The notes under the pieces are model-generated. The model was given only the letters and a program-made list of their open reading frames with translations, was not told the origin of the DNA and searched no databases. DNA of 64,000 bases from Myxococcales bacterium (GTDB taxonomy: Bacteria > Myxococcota_A > Polyangia > Polyangiales > DASUME01), in contig JASGJH010000001.1 of assembly GCA_047601445.1 (NCBI GenBank), forward strand, positions 3,040,001 to 3,104,000, written 5' to 3'. Position numbers and translations under genes: made by a program. Position 1 is the stretch's first letter. Each line of letters begins with the position of its first letter. Positions 21,183-30,354 of the stretch are shown here, one piece after another.

Positions 21183-22052
21183 GTGGCAACCCCCCCCGAT
21201 CGCACACTGGGTCTTGGTTTCTCTAGCTGCCCGAACGATACCTTCATGTTCCATGCCCTGGTTCATGGGTTGGTCTCCGTGCCCGGAACGCAGTTCCAGG
21301 TGCAGATGGCGGACATCGAAGCGCTCAACCACCGTGCCCTCGGGGAGAGCTCGGCTCCGCGTCTGCCGGTCACGAAGCTGAGCGCAAGCGCGCTTTCGTT
21401 CGTGGTGGAGGACTACGCGGTGTTGCGCGCTGGTGCGGCGCTGGGCCGAGGCGTGGGCCCGCTGGTGGTGGCGCGCCCCGACCGGGGATTCAGCTCACTC
21501 GCGGACCTGGCAGGCAAGCACATTGCGGTGCCGGGCCTGCGCACCACGGCCTATCTACTTTTGAGCCTGTTCGCGCCGAGCGACCTGCGAGTCACGGCGC
21601 TGCGCTTCGATCGCATCATGCCGGCCGTGGCGGCGGGGGAATTCGATGCCGGCCTGATCATCCACGAGAGCCGCTTCACGTACCCGGATCACGGGCTGAG
21701 CTCGTTGGCCGACGTGGGGAGCCTGTGGGAGAAGGAGACAGAGCTGCCGTTGCCGCTCGGTCTCATCGCGGCCCACCGCGACCTGGGCGCTCCCTTGCTG
21801 CGGGAGATCGAGACCGCCGTGAGCGACAGCGTGCGCTACGCGTTCGCGCACCCCGAGGCCAGCAAGGACTATATCCGCGAGCACGCGCAGGAGCTGAGCG
21901 AGGACGTGTGCAAGCGGCACATCGGCCTCTACGTGAACCAGCACTCCGTGGACATCGGCGAGCAGGGACGTAGAGCGGTGGAGCTGTTGCTCGAGCGCGG
22001 CGCCGAGGTCGGTCTGTTGCCGAAGCTCAAGCGCTCGCCCTGGCTCGAGTAA
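21183..22052 (+). CDS. mqnD: 1,4-dihydroxy-6-naphthoate synthase (futalosine menaquinone pathway)
   Basis: GFSSCPNDTFMF, ADIEALN, GAALGRGVGPL, TTAYLL, IIHESRFTY, LPLPLG, HIGLYVN. Confidence 0.93.
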   Translation: MATPPDRTLGLGFSSCPNDTFMFHALVHGLVSVPGTQFQVQMADIEALNHRALGESSAPRLPVTKLSASALSFVVEDYAVLRAGAALGRGVGPLVVARPDRGFSSLADLAGKHIAVPGLRTTAYLLLSLFAPSDLRVTALRFDRIMPAVAAGEFDAGLIIHESRFTYPDHGLSSLADVGSLWEKETELPLPLGLIAAHRDLGAPLLREIETAVSDSVRYAFAHPEASKDYIREHAQELSEDVCKRHIGLYVNQHSVDIGEQGRRAVELLLERGAEVGLLPKLKRSPWLE

Positions 22053-22061
22053 GCGCGCCCG

Positions 22062-22613
22062 TCAGGGGCGCAGCATGAAGTAGATAACGACGCCCGTGAC
22101 CGACACGTAGAGCCAGATCGGAAACAGCACGCGCGCCACCTTGGCGTGGGTCGCGAAGCGCTTGCGCCAGGCGAAATAGAAGGCCGTCAGGGCGAGCGGC
22201 ACCACGCCGATGGACAACAGCACGTGGCTGATGAGGATGGCGAAGTACACGGTGCGCATGGGCCCTTCGCCCGTGTACTTGGTGTCGCCGTGGACGTAGT
22301 GATAGATGACGTAGCCCACCAAGAACAGGCTCGAGGCCGCGAACGCGCTCACCATGAAGCGCTTGTGCAGGTCGACACGCCGTTGCTTGATGCTGATCAA
22401 ACCGGCCACAAGCAGGCTCGCGGCAAGCGCGTTGAAGGCCGCGTTGACGGCGGGCATGAAGGCGAGGTCCTGGCCGCCGGTGGCGCTGCCCGAGCGAATC
22501 AGGAGCAGCCACGCCAGGAGCGAGAGCGCAAGCGCCGAGACCACAGCGTTGAAGGCGAAGAACTTCTTGTCGGCGACGCGGATCGCCTCCGGGCTCGTGC
22601 TGCTACTGTTCAT
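22062..22613 (-). CDS. DUF420-family membrane protein
   Basis: PAVNA, HKRFM, SSLFLVGY, ILISHVLLS, PIWLYVSVTGVVIY. Confidence 0.9.
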   Translation of the reverse strand: MNSSSTSPEAIRVADKKFFAFNAVVSALALSLLAWLLLIRSGSATGGQDLAFMPAVNAAFNALAASLLVAGLISIKQRRVDLHKRFMVSAFAASSLFLVGYVIYHYVHGDTKYTGEGPMRTVYFAILISHVLLSIGVVPLALTAFYFAWRKRFATHAKVARVLFPIWLYVSVTGVVIYFMLRP

Positions 22614-22616
22614 GAT

Positions 22617-23453
22617 TCAAACCTCGTACTCGAACAAACAGTGGCCGATGGCGAGCTCGTCCGTCTCGCGCACGGCGACGGTGAGGGCCGCCTTGCCCGG
22701 CTCCAGGACGTAACCGTCCACGCGTAGGGTGTGGCCAGGCAAGACCGGACTCGTGAAGCGACCTTCGAGCGCCCGAAAGCGGCGCGGGTCGTCGCCCGCC
22801 AGGGCCTTGAGCGCGACCCGCCCAGCGAACCCGTAGCTACACAGGCCATGCAGGATCGGCCTGTCGAAGCCGGCCGCCTTGGCGACCTCGGGCTGCGAGT
22901 GGATGGGGTTGATGTCGCCCGTGAGCCGATAGAGCAAGGCCTGCGTCTCCTGGGTGCGCCATTCGGTGGAGAAATCGGGGGCGCGATCCTTGGGCACCCG
23001 GGTGCGCAGCAGCGAGGGCGCGCGCTCGCTTTCGAAGCCGCCTTCGCCACGTAAGAGCAGGGTCCAGACGGTGCGCATGTGGAGCTCGCCGGAGATCTGG
23101 GTCCGGGTTTCGATATTGACCAGGGCTCCGATGCGCAAATCCCAGATGCCGAGCACGTGACCGGTGGTGAGCATCACGCCTTCGCTGGGAAAAGGCTTGA
23201 GTAGCTCGATGCGTTGGGCGCTGTGGAGCAGCTGCACGCGATCCCCGCCGATGTGGTCGAGGGCCGCGAAGACCGGGACGAACCCGGGCACCACGCCCCA
23301 GGTGGGCAGCACGCGCGGTGCGGGGTCGAGCAGGTACGCGAGATCGCCCGTGTCTGCGCCGACGGCAAGCGCGTAGAGCGCCACGTCTTTCCAGCGGTAG
23401 GGGTGTTCGAAGGGGCCTACGGTGACGCCGACTGCGCCGAGATTCAGGGCCAT
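22617..23453 (-). CDS. MaoC-like double hot-dog (R)-enoyl-CoA hydratase 2
   Basis: DVALYALAVG, hydratase-2 motif YRLTGDINPIHS...AGFDRPILHGLCSYG. Confidence 0.92.
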   Translation of the reverse strand: MALNLGAVGVTVGPFEHPYRWKDVALYALAVGADTGDLAYLLDPAPRVLPTWGVVPGFVPVFAALDHIGGDRVQLLHSAQRIELLKPFPSEGVMLTTGHVLGIWDLRIGALVNIETRTQISGELHMRTVWTLLLRGEGGFESERAPSLLRTRVPKDRAPDFSTEWRTQETQALLYRLTGDINPIHSQPEVAKAAGFDRPILHGLCSYGFAGRVALKALAGDDPRRFRALEGRFTSPVLPGHTLRVDGYVLEPGKAALTVAVRETDELAIGHCLFEYEV

Positions 23454-23659
23454 GGGCGGGAGCTAGCGCATGGCCCCGGCGGGAACAAGCCAGGCGGCCC
23501 CGGACCACGCGCGATTCGGCGCGGAAAACCCACCAGGATTCGAGGTGAGCGTTGTTACACTGAATGCCGGCTCGGGGGCCGTCGTCGGCCGCCCTTGGAA
23601 ACACGACGGGCGACACACGATGCGCGACACACGGCGCGCGCCCCCAAACGAGGATCCAG

Positions 23660-24523
23660 ATGAACGCGCGATCGGGTATGGGAGTGGCTGCGAGGGTAAT
23701 CGGTCTCGCGCTGGGGTGGGCGGCGTTGGCCCCCGCCATGGTCCACGCGGACGCGGCGGAACAGGACTATCACAAGTGCCTGTCCCACAAGAAGGCGGGC
23801 AAGCTGGACGACGCCGAGCGCGAGTGCCGTAGCTCGCTCGCCAAGCGCCCGGATCACGCCGCGGCGCTTTACACACTCGGGACCCTGCAGCGCCAAAAGA
23901 ACAAGCTCGAGGACGCGTTGGCTTCCTTTCGCAAGGTGCGCGAGCTGGAGCCGCAGAACGCGATCGGCTGGGCCGGCGAGGGGTCGGTGCTCTTGCGTCT
24001 GAACCGCACGGACGAGGCGGTGGTGGCGCTCAAGCAGGCTCTGGCGCTCGATCCGGAGGACATGGCGAGCCTCAGCAACCTGGGCAATGCGCTGCGCAAG
24101 CAGGGCAAGCCCGACGAAGCCATCGCGATGTATCGTCGAGCGCTCGAAAAAGACAAGGACAACCCGGAGCTGCTCAACAATCTGGCGGTGGCGCTCCGCG
24201 CTCAAGACAGGAACGCGGAAGCCATCGACGTGCTGCAGCGGGCGCTCCGGGCGCGGCCGGACGATGCGGCACTCCAGGGCAACCTGGCCAAGACGCTACG
24301 TGCGGAGAAGCGCTATCAGGACGCCATCGGCTTCTACGTCAACGCGCTCAAGGGCAACGACAAGGACGCAGGCCTGTGGTTCGACCTGGGCTACTGCTAC
24401 GAGCAGACCGGGCAAAAGGACAAGGCCATCGACGCCTACAAGCACCACCTGGCGCTGATCCAGGGCAAGGACGAGCGCGCCGCAGCGCACATTCGCGAGG
24501 TCATCGCGAAGCTCGGAGGCTAG
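23660..24523 (+). CDS. Secreted tetratricopeptide-repeat protein
   Basis: Signal peptide (...PAMVHA) then about 6-7 TPR units (ALYTLG, SLSNLGNAL, LLNNLAVAL, LWFDLGYCY). Confidence 0.9.
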   Translation: MNARSGMGVAARVIGLALGWAALAPAMVHADAAEQDYHKCLSHKKAGKLDDAERECRSSLAKRPDHAAALYTLGTLQRQKNKLEDALASFRKVRELEPQNAIGWAGEGSVLLRLNRTDEAVVALKQALALDPEDMASLSNLGNALRKQGKPDEAIAMYRRALEKDKDNPELLNNLAVALRAQDRNAEAIDVLQRALRARPDDAALQGNLAKTLRAEKRYQDAIGFYVNALKGNDKDAGLWFDLGYCYEQTGQKDKAIDAYKHHLALIQGKDERAAAHIREVIAKLGG

Positions 24524-24546
24524 GGGGGTTCCGGGGTTCCCTAGGG

Positions 24547-24837
24547 CTAGCCGAGGCGCTCGAAGCTCCAGGCCTTGACGACCTGCGTTTGGGGGCCGAT
24601 GCGCGCCATGAGATCGGTGAAGCCCTGGCTGGCCATGGTGATGGCCTGGCTGGCTTCGCTCACGAAGAGCATCACCACGCTCACGTCCCAGCTCTTCGCG
24701 GATGCCGCATCCGCCGGCAGGCCCACCGAGACCTCATCCACGCCATCCAGCGCGATCAGCGCGTCGCGCACGGACTTGGCGAGCTCGGCACGCTCGGCTT
24801 CGGAGTTCAGCTTCAGCAACATGATGCGTTCGACCAT
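24547..24837 (-). CDS. Dabb (stress-responsive alpha/beta barrel)-like protein
   Basis: 96 aa MVERIMLLKL...GVDEVSVG...WDVSVVMLF; GAG-rich RBS; directly downstream of cyaY. Confidence 0.65.
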   Translation of the reverse strand: MVERIMLLKLNSEAERAELAKSVRDALIALDGVDEVSVGLPADAASAKSWDVSVVMLFVSEASQAITMASQGFTDLMARIGPQTQVVKAWSFERLG

Positions 24838-24855
24838 GACGAGGACTCGCTGGGC

Positions 24856-25179
24856 TTAGAAGTTGGGTACCTGGCCGATGGCGGCCTGCGACAGCGACGT
24901 CAGGCACGCGAACAGCTCGTCGCCGGTGCCCTTGTCGTGCAACCACTTGCCCGAGGCGTCGTCGAAGGAGAAATGCCAGGCGCTCTGCCCGCCCGCGAGC
25001 CAGATTTGATTCACCGCGGACTGCGTGTTCACCACGCAGCGCTGGCCGTTACGGAAGGTAATGTTGAGCGTGTTGCCGGCGGACTCCACGTCGGCGTCGT
25101 CGGCGTCGATGGCATCGAAGCCGTCGAGGATCGCCCGAAAAGTCTCGTCGGCCAGGTGTCGAAAGCGTTGGTCATCCAT
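24856..25179 (-). CDS. cyaY: Iron donor protein CyaY (frataxin)
   Basis: MDDQRFRHLADETF, acidic helix, LNITF, VVNTQSAVNQIWLA, HF...W. Confidence 0.93.
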   Translation of the reverse strand: MDDQRFRHLADETFRAILDGFDAIDADDADVESAGNTLNITFRNGQRCVVNTQSAVNQIWLAGGQSAWHFSFDDASGKWLHDKGTGDELFACLTSLSQAAIGQVPNF

Positions 25180-25212
25180 CACGGCGCCTCGGAGTGCTGG
25201 GGACAGCACGAT

Positions 25213-26373
25213 TTAGGTCCGCCCCTGGCTGCTTGCAAGGCTTTTGTCCGAGCCGAGCCGCAGCATGCGCACCGCGTACAGCAGCCCCGCCAACGCTGCC
25301 GTGAACGACGCTAGCTCGAACAAGACGCGGCTGCCGTGCCGCTCCAACACATAGCCTCCCAGCAAGGTCGCCGAGCTGGTGCCGAGCCCCAAACAGGCGG
25401 CCCCCAGCCCCTGCACCGTGGCGCGCGTCTCAGGGGTGGATCCGCTCTGATTCTCGTGGACGAACACCAGGTACCAGAGGCCGAACGTGATCGCGTGGAG
25501 TGGCGCCAAGAGCCCGACCTCCCAGGCCGTGTCCGCCCGCGCCAGGAGAAACCAACGGACGCATGCCACCGCTGCCGCGAACAGCAGCCAACGCCCGTTG
25601 GAGTCCGTGCGCAGGAAGCGCGGAAACACGAAGAATAGGGCCACTTCGAACACGACGCCGATGGACCAACACAAGCTCACGAAACCTGGGGTCACGCCGG
25701 GCACGCTGCGCGCGTGGGGACCGAAGTACATGTCGAAGGCTCCGTGGGCGCCGTAGTAGAGGGTGGAGGCGAGCCACAAGAGCAGGACGTCGGGCTTTCG
25801 CGCAAGCTGGGCGAGGGTGCCCCGCAAGCGCACGCGTCCCTGGGGTCGCTCGTCGTGCATGCGCCGCACCACCACACTGCCGAGCAGGTAGCCCGCGCTC
25901 GCGACGATGAAGGGCGAGCTGAACGCCGCGTCGACCCCGAACACGCCAAAGGCCGCGGCGCTGAGCGCGAAGCCGATGGAGCCGAAGACCCGCACGTAGC
26001 CGAAGTTGGAGGCGCGCTCACCGAGCAGCTGATAGGTGCCCGCTTCGGAGAGTGGAATCAGCGAGCTTCCGAACAAGGCCCAGAGGGCATAGGCGCACCA
26101 GGTAGTGGCGAAGCTGCGGCTCTGGCTCAGGGCCAACATCCCCAAGGCCGCGAGCACCGTGTTCAGGCGCAAGAGCCGGGTGGTGCCGAGCCACTTGTCC
26201 GAGAGCGCTCCCCACAGGGGCGGCGCCAACATGCGCGAGAGCGGCATCAAGGCCATCAGCCAGGCGTACTGGGTGGGCCGAAAGCCCCGCGCCTGCATCG
26301 AGAGCGCCATCAGCGGCAGCACTGCTCCCAGGCCAATATAGATGGCCAGGTAATAGAGGCGCAGCGCGTTCAC
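25213..26373 (-). CDS. MFS transporter (HcaT/MFS_1-like)
   Basis: About 12 TM; PPLWGALSD, YVRVFGSIGF, IGVVFEV, LHAITFGL. Confidence 0.9.
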   Translation of the reverse strand: MNALRLYYLAIYIGLGAVLPLMALSMQARGFRPTQYAWLMALMPLSRMLAPPLWGALSDKWLGTTRLLRLNTVLAALGMLALSQSRSFATTWCAYALWALFGSSLIPLSEAGTYQLLGERASNFGYVRVFGSIGFALSAAAFGVFGVDAAFSSPFIVASAGYLLGSVVVRRMHDERPQGRVRLRGTLAQLARKPDVLLLWLASTLYYGAHGAFDMYFGPHARSVPGVTPGFVSLCWSIGVVFEVALFFVFPRFLRTDSNGRWLLFAAAVACVRWFLLARADTAWEVGLLAPLHAITFGLWYLVFVHENQSGSTPETRATVQGLGAACLGLGTSSATLLGGYVLERHGSRVLFELASFTAALAGLLYAVRMLRLGSDKSLASSQGRT

Positions 26374-26488
26374 GGGCGCGCACTGTTGTCGAAGCGCCGG
26401 CCGACATCAAGCGGGATTGCGCTCCGGGTCCGGGACGGGTAGACGGAGCATCCAGCGCGCACGGAGCGCGCGGCAGGAAGCGGTTGCG

Positions 26489-27019
26489 ATGGACAAGCAG
26501 GAACTGGCTCGCAAGGTGGTTGAGATCGCGCTGCGCAGGGGAGAATTCAAGCTGCGCTCCGGACAGATCTCCAATGTGTACTTCGACAAGTATCAGTTCG
26601 AGAGCAGCCCCCGACTGCTGCAGGAGATCGCGCGGCACATGGTGGCCCTGGTTCCCCCCGGCACCGAAGTGCTGGCGGGGCTGGAGCTCGGCGGCGTGCC
26701 GATCGCGACCGCGCTCTCCTTCGAGACCGGCCTGCCAGTCGCCTTCGTGCGCAAGGAGCGCAAGAGCTACGGCACGTGCCTGATCGCCGAGGGTGCCGCG
26801 CTCAAGGGCAAGCGGGTATGCATCGTGGAGGACGTGATCACCACGGGCGGCGCGGTGATCGATAGCGCCAACGAGCTGCGCGCCGAGGGCGCGATGCTGG
26901 ACGTGGTGCTGAGCGTGATCTTCCGCGGCGATGCCGCCAAGGACAAGCTGGCCGAGGCTGGCCTGCGCCGTGTGTCCTTGCTGGGACTCGAGGATCTCGA
27001 GCCCCACATGGGCAAGTAG
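26489..27019 (+). CDS. pyrE: Orotate phosphoribosyltransferase
   Basis: GEFKLRSG..S..YFDKY, GLELGGVP, VRKERK.YG, PRPP motif VEDVITTGGA. Confidence 0.93.
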   Translation: MDKQELARKVVEIALRRGEFKLRSGQISNVYFDKYQFESSPRLLQEIARHMVALVPPGTEVLAGLELGGVPIATALSFETGLPVAFVRKERKSYGTCLIAEGAALKGKRVCIVEDVITTGGAVIDSANELRAEGAMLDVVLSVIFRGDAAKDKLAEAGLRRVSLLGLEDLEPHMGK

Positions 27020-27021
27020 AA

Positions 27022-27044
27022 CGCATCTCAGGGGACGAGATGCG
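27022..27044. terminator. Hairpin between convergent pyrE and pntA
   Basis: Perfect 8-bp stem cgcatctc/gagatgcg; no U-tract. Confidence 0.45.
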
Positions 27045-27059
27045 CGCTAGCGCGGAGGT

Positions 27060-28214
27060 TCAGGTCTTGGCGATGAGCTCGGCCGTGGGCGCGTGAATCA
27101 CGGCGCCGTCGTGCGTGAGCAGGGTGCCCTTCACGACCTCGTCGTTGAGGTCGAGCTTGAGCTCACCGCCCTTGGCGACGAGGGTCAACAGCGACTGCAC
27201 GTTGCGGCCGTAGAGCATGCTGGCGTCGTAGGGCAGCGTCGCAGGCAGGTTGGCCTCGCCGATGATCTTGACGCCGTGCTTGACCACGGTCTTGCCGAGC
27301 TCGCTGAGCTCGCAGTTGCCGCCCTGTTCGACCGCCATGTCGACGATCACGGAGCCGGGCTTCATGCCCTGCACCATGTCGGCCGTGACGAGCTTCGGAG
27401 CCGGCCTGCCGGGCACCAAGGCCGTGGTGATCACCACATCGGCGAGCACGATGCGCGCCTTGATGATCTCCTGCTGCTTCTGCAGGAACTCCTTGCTGAC
27501 TTCCTTCGCGTAACCGCCCTGCCCTTCGCCGCTCTCGAGGTTGGGCAACTCGATGAACTTGGCACCGAGCGACTGCACCTGCTCCTTGACGGCCGGGCGG
27601 ATGTCGCTCACCTCCACCACCGCGCCGAGGCGCTTGGCGGTGGCGATCGCCTGCAAGCCCGCGACGCCCGCGCCCATGATGACCACGCGCGAAGGCTGAA
27701 TGGTGCCGGCCGCCGTCATCAGTAGCGGGAAGTACTTGGGCAAGTTGGCGGCCGCGAGCAGGACCGCCTTGTAGCCGGCGATGTTGGCCTGCGACGACAG
27801 CACGTCCATGCTCTGGGCACGCGTGATGCGCGGCACGAGCTCCATGGCGAAGGTGCTGATCTTGTTGGCGACCAACTTCTTCACCATGGGCAGATTGCGG
27901 TGCGGGGACATCAGCCCCACCAGCAGCGCCCCTGGCTTCATGGCGTCGGCCTCGTGCTTACCTAGATCGGCGTTCTCGGCCGCTTCGGTGACCTTGAGCA
28001 CGATGTCTGCACTCGACCACGCCCCGGGGAGGTCTTTGGTGAGCGTCGCTCCAGCGGCTTCGTACGCCTTGTCGAGAAACGATGCCGCCTCGCCGGCTCC
28101 GGCTTCGACGACGATTTCGAGCTTCTCTTTGACGAGCTTTTTGACGGTGTCGGGCGTGACCGCGACGCGGGTTTCACCGGCGCGGCGTTCTTTCGGCACA
28201 AAGACCTTCAACAT
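27060..28214 (-). CDS. pntA: NAD(P) transhydrogenase subunit alpha part 1 (domain I only)
   Basis: VPKE...ETRVAVTP, PRITRAQSMDVLSSQANIAGYKAV, GAGVAGLQA, GGYAKE, TTALVPGRPAP; ends with no TM domain. Confidence 0.93.
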   Translation of the reverse strand: MLKVFVPKERRAGETRVAVTPDTVKKLVKEKLEIVVEAGAGEAASFLDKAYEAAGATLTKDLPGAWSSADIVLKVTEAAENADLGKHEADAMKPGALLVGLMSPHRNLPMVKKLVANKISTFAMELVPRITRAQSMDVLSSQANIAGYKAVLLAAANLPKYFPLLMTAAGTIQPSRVVIMGAGVAGLQAIATAKRLGAVVEVSDIRPAVKEQVQSLGAKFIELPNLESGEGQGGYAKEVSKEFLQKQQEIIKARIVLADVVITTALVPGRPAPKLVTADMVQGMKPGSVIVDMAVEQGGNCELSELGKTVVKHGVKIIGEANLPATLPYDASMLYGRNVQSLLTLVAKGGELKLDLNDEVVKGTLLTHDGAVIHAPTAELIAKT

Positions 28215-28396
28215 GGCGCGCCAATATAGCCGAACCCGGAGAGGGGGCATGCTACTTCGTAGTAGCCGTGAGGGTTTGTCGGAGACCCCGGCACGGGTCG
28301 CCACCAAACGACCCCGCCAAGGTTCCCTCCCCGCCCGCCGGTGGCTAGAGTTTAAGACCCCAGCAACGCCACGGAGCCAAGAGGAGCGCTCGAGAC

Positions 28397-29350
28397 ATGG
28401 GTAGTTTGCAGCCGCCTCCGAAACCGCGATTTTCGCAGTTCCCCGGGGCCCTTCCAGCGGCCAATCCACAACGCATTGAACTGCGCCGCTTCGCTGGCCA
28501 CGTGGACCACGAGGACCACCTCTCCCATCTCCGCATCGCGCACCTGACCGACCAGCACTTCGGGCGTGTGACCCCGCACCCGGTGCAGCAGGCCGCCATG
28601 TTGCTGGCGAACGAGCAAGAGCCTGACCTGGTGGTCATCACCGGTGACTTCGTGTGCCATAGCCAGGAGTACCTGGACGAGCTCGAGGAGGTCATCGCGG
28701 CCTTCCAGGCGCCGGTCCTGTGCGTACTCGGGAACCACGACCACTGGTCGGGCGCAGGGGCGGTTCGCCGCGCGCTGCGGAAGGCCGGGGCCGAGGTGCT
28801 CGACAACCAGCACACGGTGCTCACGCTGCGGAACCAACCGCTGCAAGTGGTGGGACTCGACGACGCCTATACGGGCCACGCCGACGTGGAGAAGGCCACC
28901 AAGGGCCTGCGCAACGACCTTCCCACCATCGGCCTCTCGCATATCGCAGAGGAGGCCGATGCCCTGTGGGAGCGCGGCGTGCCGCTGGTCTTCTCGGGGC
29001 ATACCCACGCTGGCCAGGTGACTTTGGCCAGCATGCACGAGCTGTTTTTGGGCCGCATCGTCGGCCACAAATACGTCCATGGGCTGTACGGCTGCCGCAA
29101 GCGGACCCAGGCCAAGGGCGCCGTGTACGTGGGTGCCGGCATCGGGGCCGCCGTGATGCCGATTCGACTGGGTGCACGCGGGCGGCGCGAGGTGGCGCTG
29201 TTCGAGCTGGGGGCCGCGGCCGGAGCCCACTGGGAACATCACGCGGAGCAGCGCGCGCTCAAGGGGCGCGCGCCCGACGCGCGCACCAAGGAAAGACGCC
29301 GGCAGCAGCTCGAGCGCAAGAAGCGCAAGCACCCTCCCTCAACGGAGTGA
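28397..29350 (+). CDS. Calcineurin-like metallophosphoesterase (YkuE/YaeI-like)
   Basis: TDQH, TGDFV, GNHD, LSH, SGHTH motifs. Confidence 0.92.
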   Translation: MGSLQPPPKPRFSQFPGALPAANPQRIELRRFAGHVDHEDHLSHLRIAHLTDQHFGRVTPHPVQQAAMLLANEQEPDLVVITGDFVCHSQEYLDELEEVIAAFQAPVLCVLGNHDHWSGAGAVRRALRKAGAEVLDNQHTVLTLRNQPLQVVGLDDAYTGHADVEKATKGLRNDLPTIGLSHIAEEADALWERGVPLVFSGHTHAGQVTLASMHELFLGRIVGHKYVHGLYGCRKRTQAKGAVYVGAGIGAAVMPIRLGARGRREVALFELGAAAGAHWEHHAEQRALKGRAPDARTKERRRQQLERKKRKHPPSTE

Positions 29351-30349
29351 TTCGAGCGCGTAGAAGTAAATGGGCTGCTCCTCGCCCTCCGAGATGGTGA
29401 AGTAGCCGAGGCCGTCGGCGCGGAAACCGAAGGACTCGCCTTGCTTCTTGGTGTCCGCGAGGGGCCAGGGGCATGGCGTGCCGGAGAGGGCCTCGACCAG
29501 GCTCTGCCCGGGTGCCCGCGGCCAGAAGAACAGCTGCCTGTAGTTGCGGATGGCCACGCCGGAGCCGTCGGGGACCAGGTCGGCGGCGGTCACCGGGCCG
29601 AGCGGCAGGTTGAGCACGAAATGGGCGAGGGCCTGAGGCTTGAGGAGTTCCTGCCGCGCGATGCGATAGAGCCCGATGGGGGCATCGTGGGAAGAAAAGA
29701 AGGATCCCTTGGCCACGATGAAGAGGTCGCCGCTCGCGGCATCCACCAGCAATGCCTCGGCGTCGCGTGGGCCGCCCTCGTAGGCGAGGTCGATGCGGGC
29801 CGCGTCCGCCGTGAGCTTGGTCGGACCGTCGGCGGCCAGACTGGGCTCCTCGAAGCGATAGATCTGGACGTGCTCGCGGCGCGCCAGGTTGTCGCCGATA
29901 TCGCCGACGTAGAGGTAGGTCTTGCCCTCGACGGGGCCGGGACCGATGGCGATGTCCTCGTAGTCCACGGCTTGCGCACCGCGCAGGGCCACCTCGTAGC
30001 GCACCTTGCCGTTGGTCTGGATGGCAAACACCCGGGGGCTGTCGCCCGAGTCGTTGTGCACCCAGAGCAGGCCCGGATTGGCGCGGCTCGCGATCAACCC
30101 CGAGACCTCGTCGAGCCCCGTCTCAGGCAGCTTCCCCACCACCTCCGGTGGCTTGACGCGTGGACAGGACGCAGAGGCGGGTCCCGCATCGAGGTCGGAC
30201 GTGGCCTCGGTGCGTCCCGCTGGAACCTGCGCCTGGGCTTCCTGGGTGGGCGCGACGGCGGCCGAGCCGTGGCACGCGGACGCCAGCAGCAGGCCGGCAC
30301 ATGCGAAGCGGACCGAGTGCCAGGCGCGGACACAGAGCTTGGGGGACAC
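29339..30349 (-). CDS. Putative lipoprotein with beta-propeller-like repeats
   Basis: Lipobox-like LLLASAC; EVSGL, WVHNDSGD, DYEDIA, YVGDIGDN, DAEALL, QGES motifs; start GTG 30349 just after the SLT stop; 12-bp 3' overlap with the phosphoesterase. Confidence 0.8.
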   Translation of the reverse strand: MSPKLCVRAWHSVRFACAGLLLASACHGSAAVAPTQEAQAQVPAGRTEATSDLDAGPASASCPRVKPPEVVGKLPETGLDEVSGLIASRANPGLLWVHNDSGDSPRVFAIQTNGKVRYEVALRGAQAVDYEDIAIGPGPVEGKTYLYVGDIGDNLARREHVQIYRFEEPSLAADGPTKLTADAARIDLAYEGGPRDAEALLVDAASGDLFIVAKGSFFSSHDAPIGLYRIARQELLKPQALAHFVLNLPLGPVTAADLVPDGSGVAIRNYRQLFFWPRAPGQSLVEALSGTPCPWPLADTKKQGESFGFRADGLGYFTISEGEEQPIYFYALESLR

Positions 30350-30354
30350 GTCCC

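Noticed and set aside
29339..29350. 12-bp convergent overlap of the phosphoesterase and lipoprotein genes
   Set aside because: Short 3' overlaps are common in compact high-GC genomes
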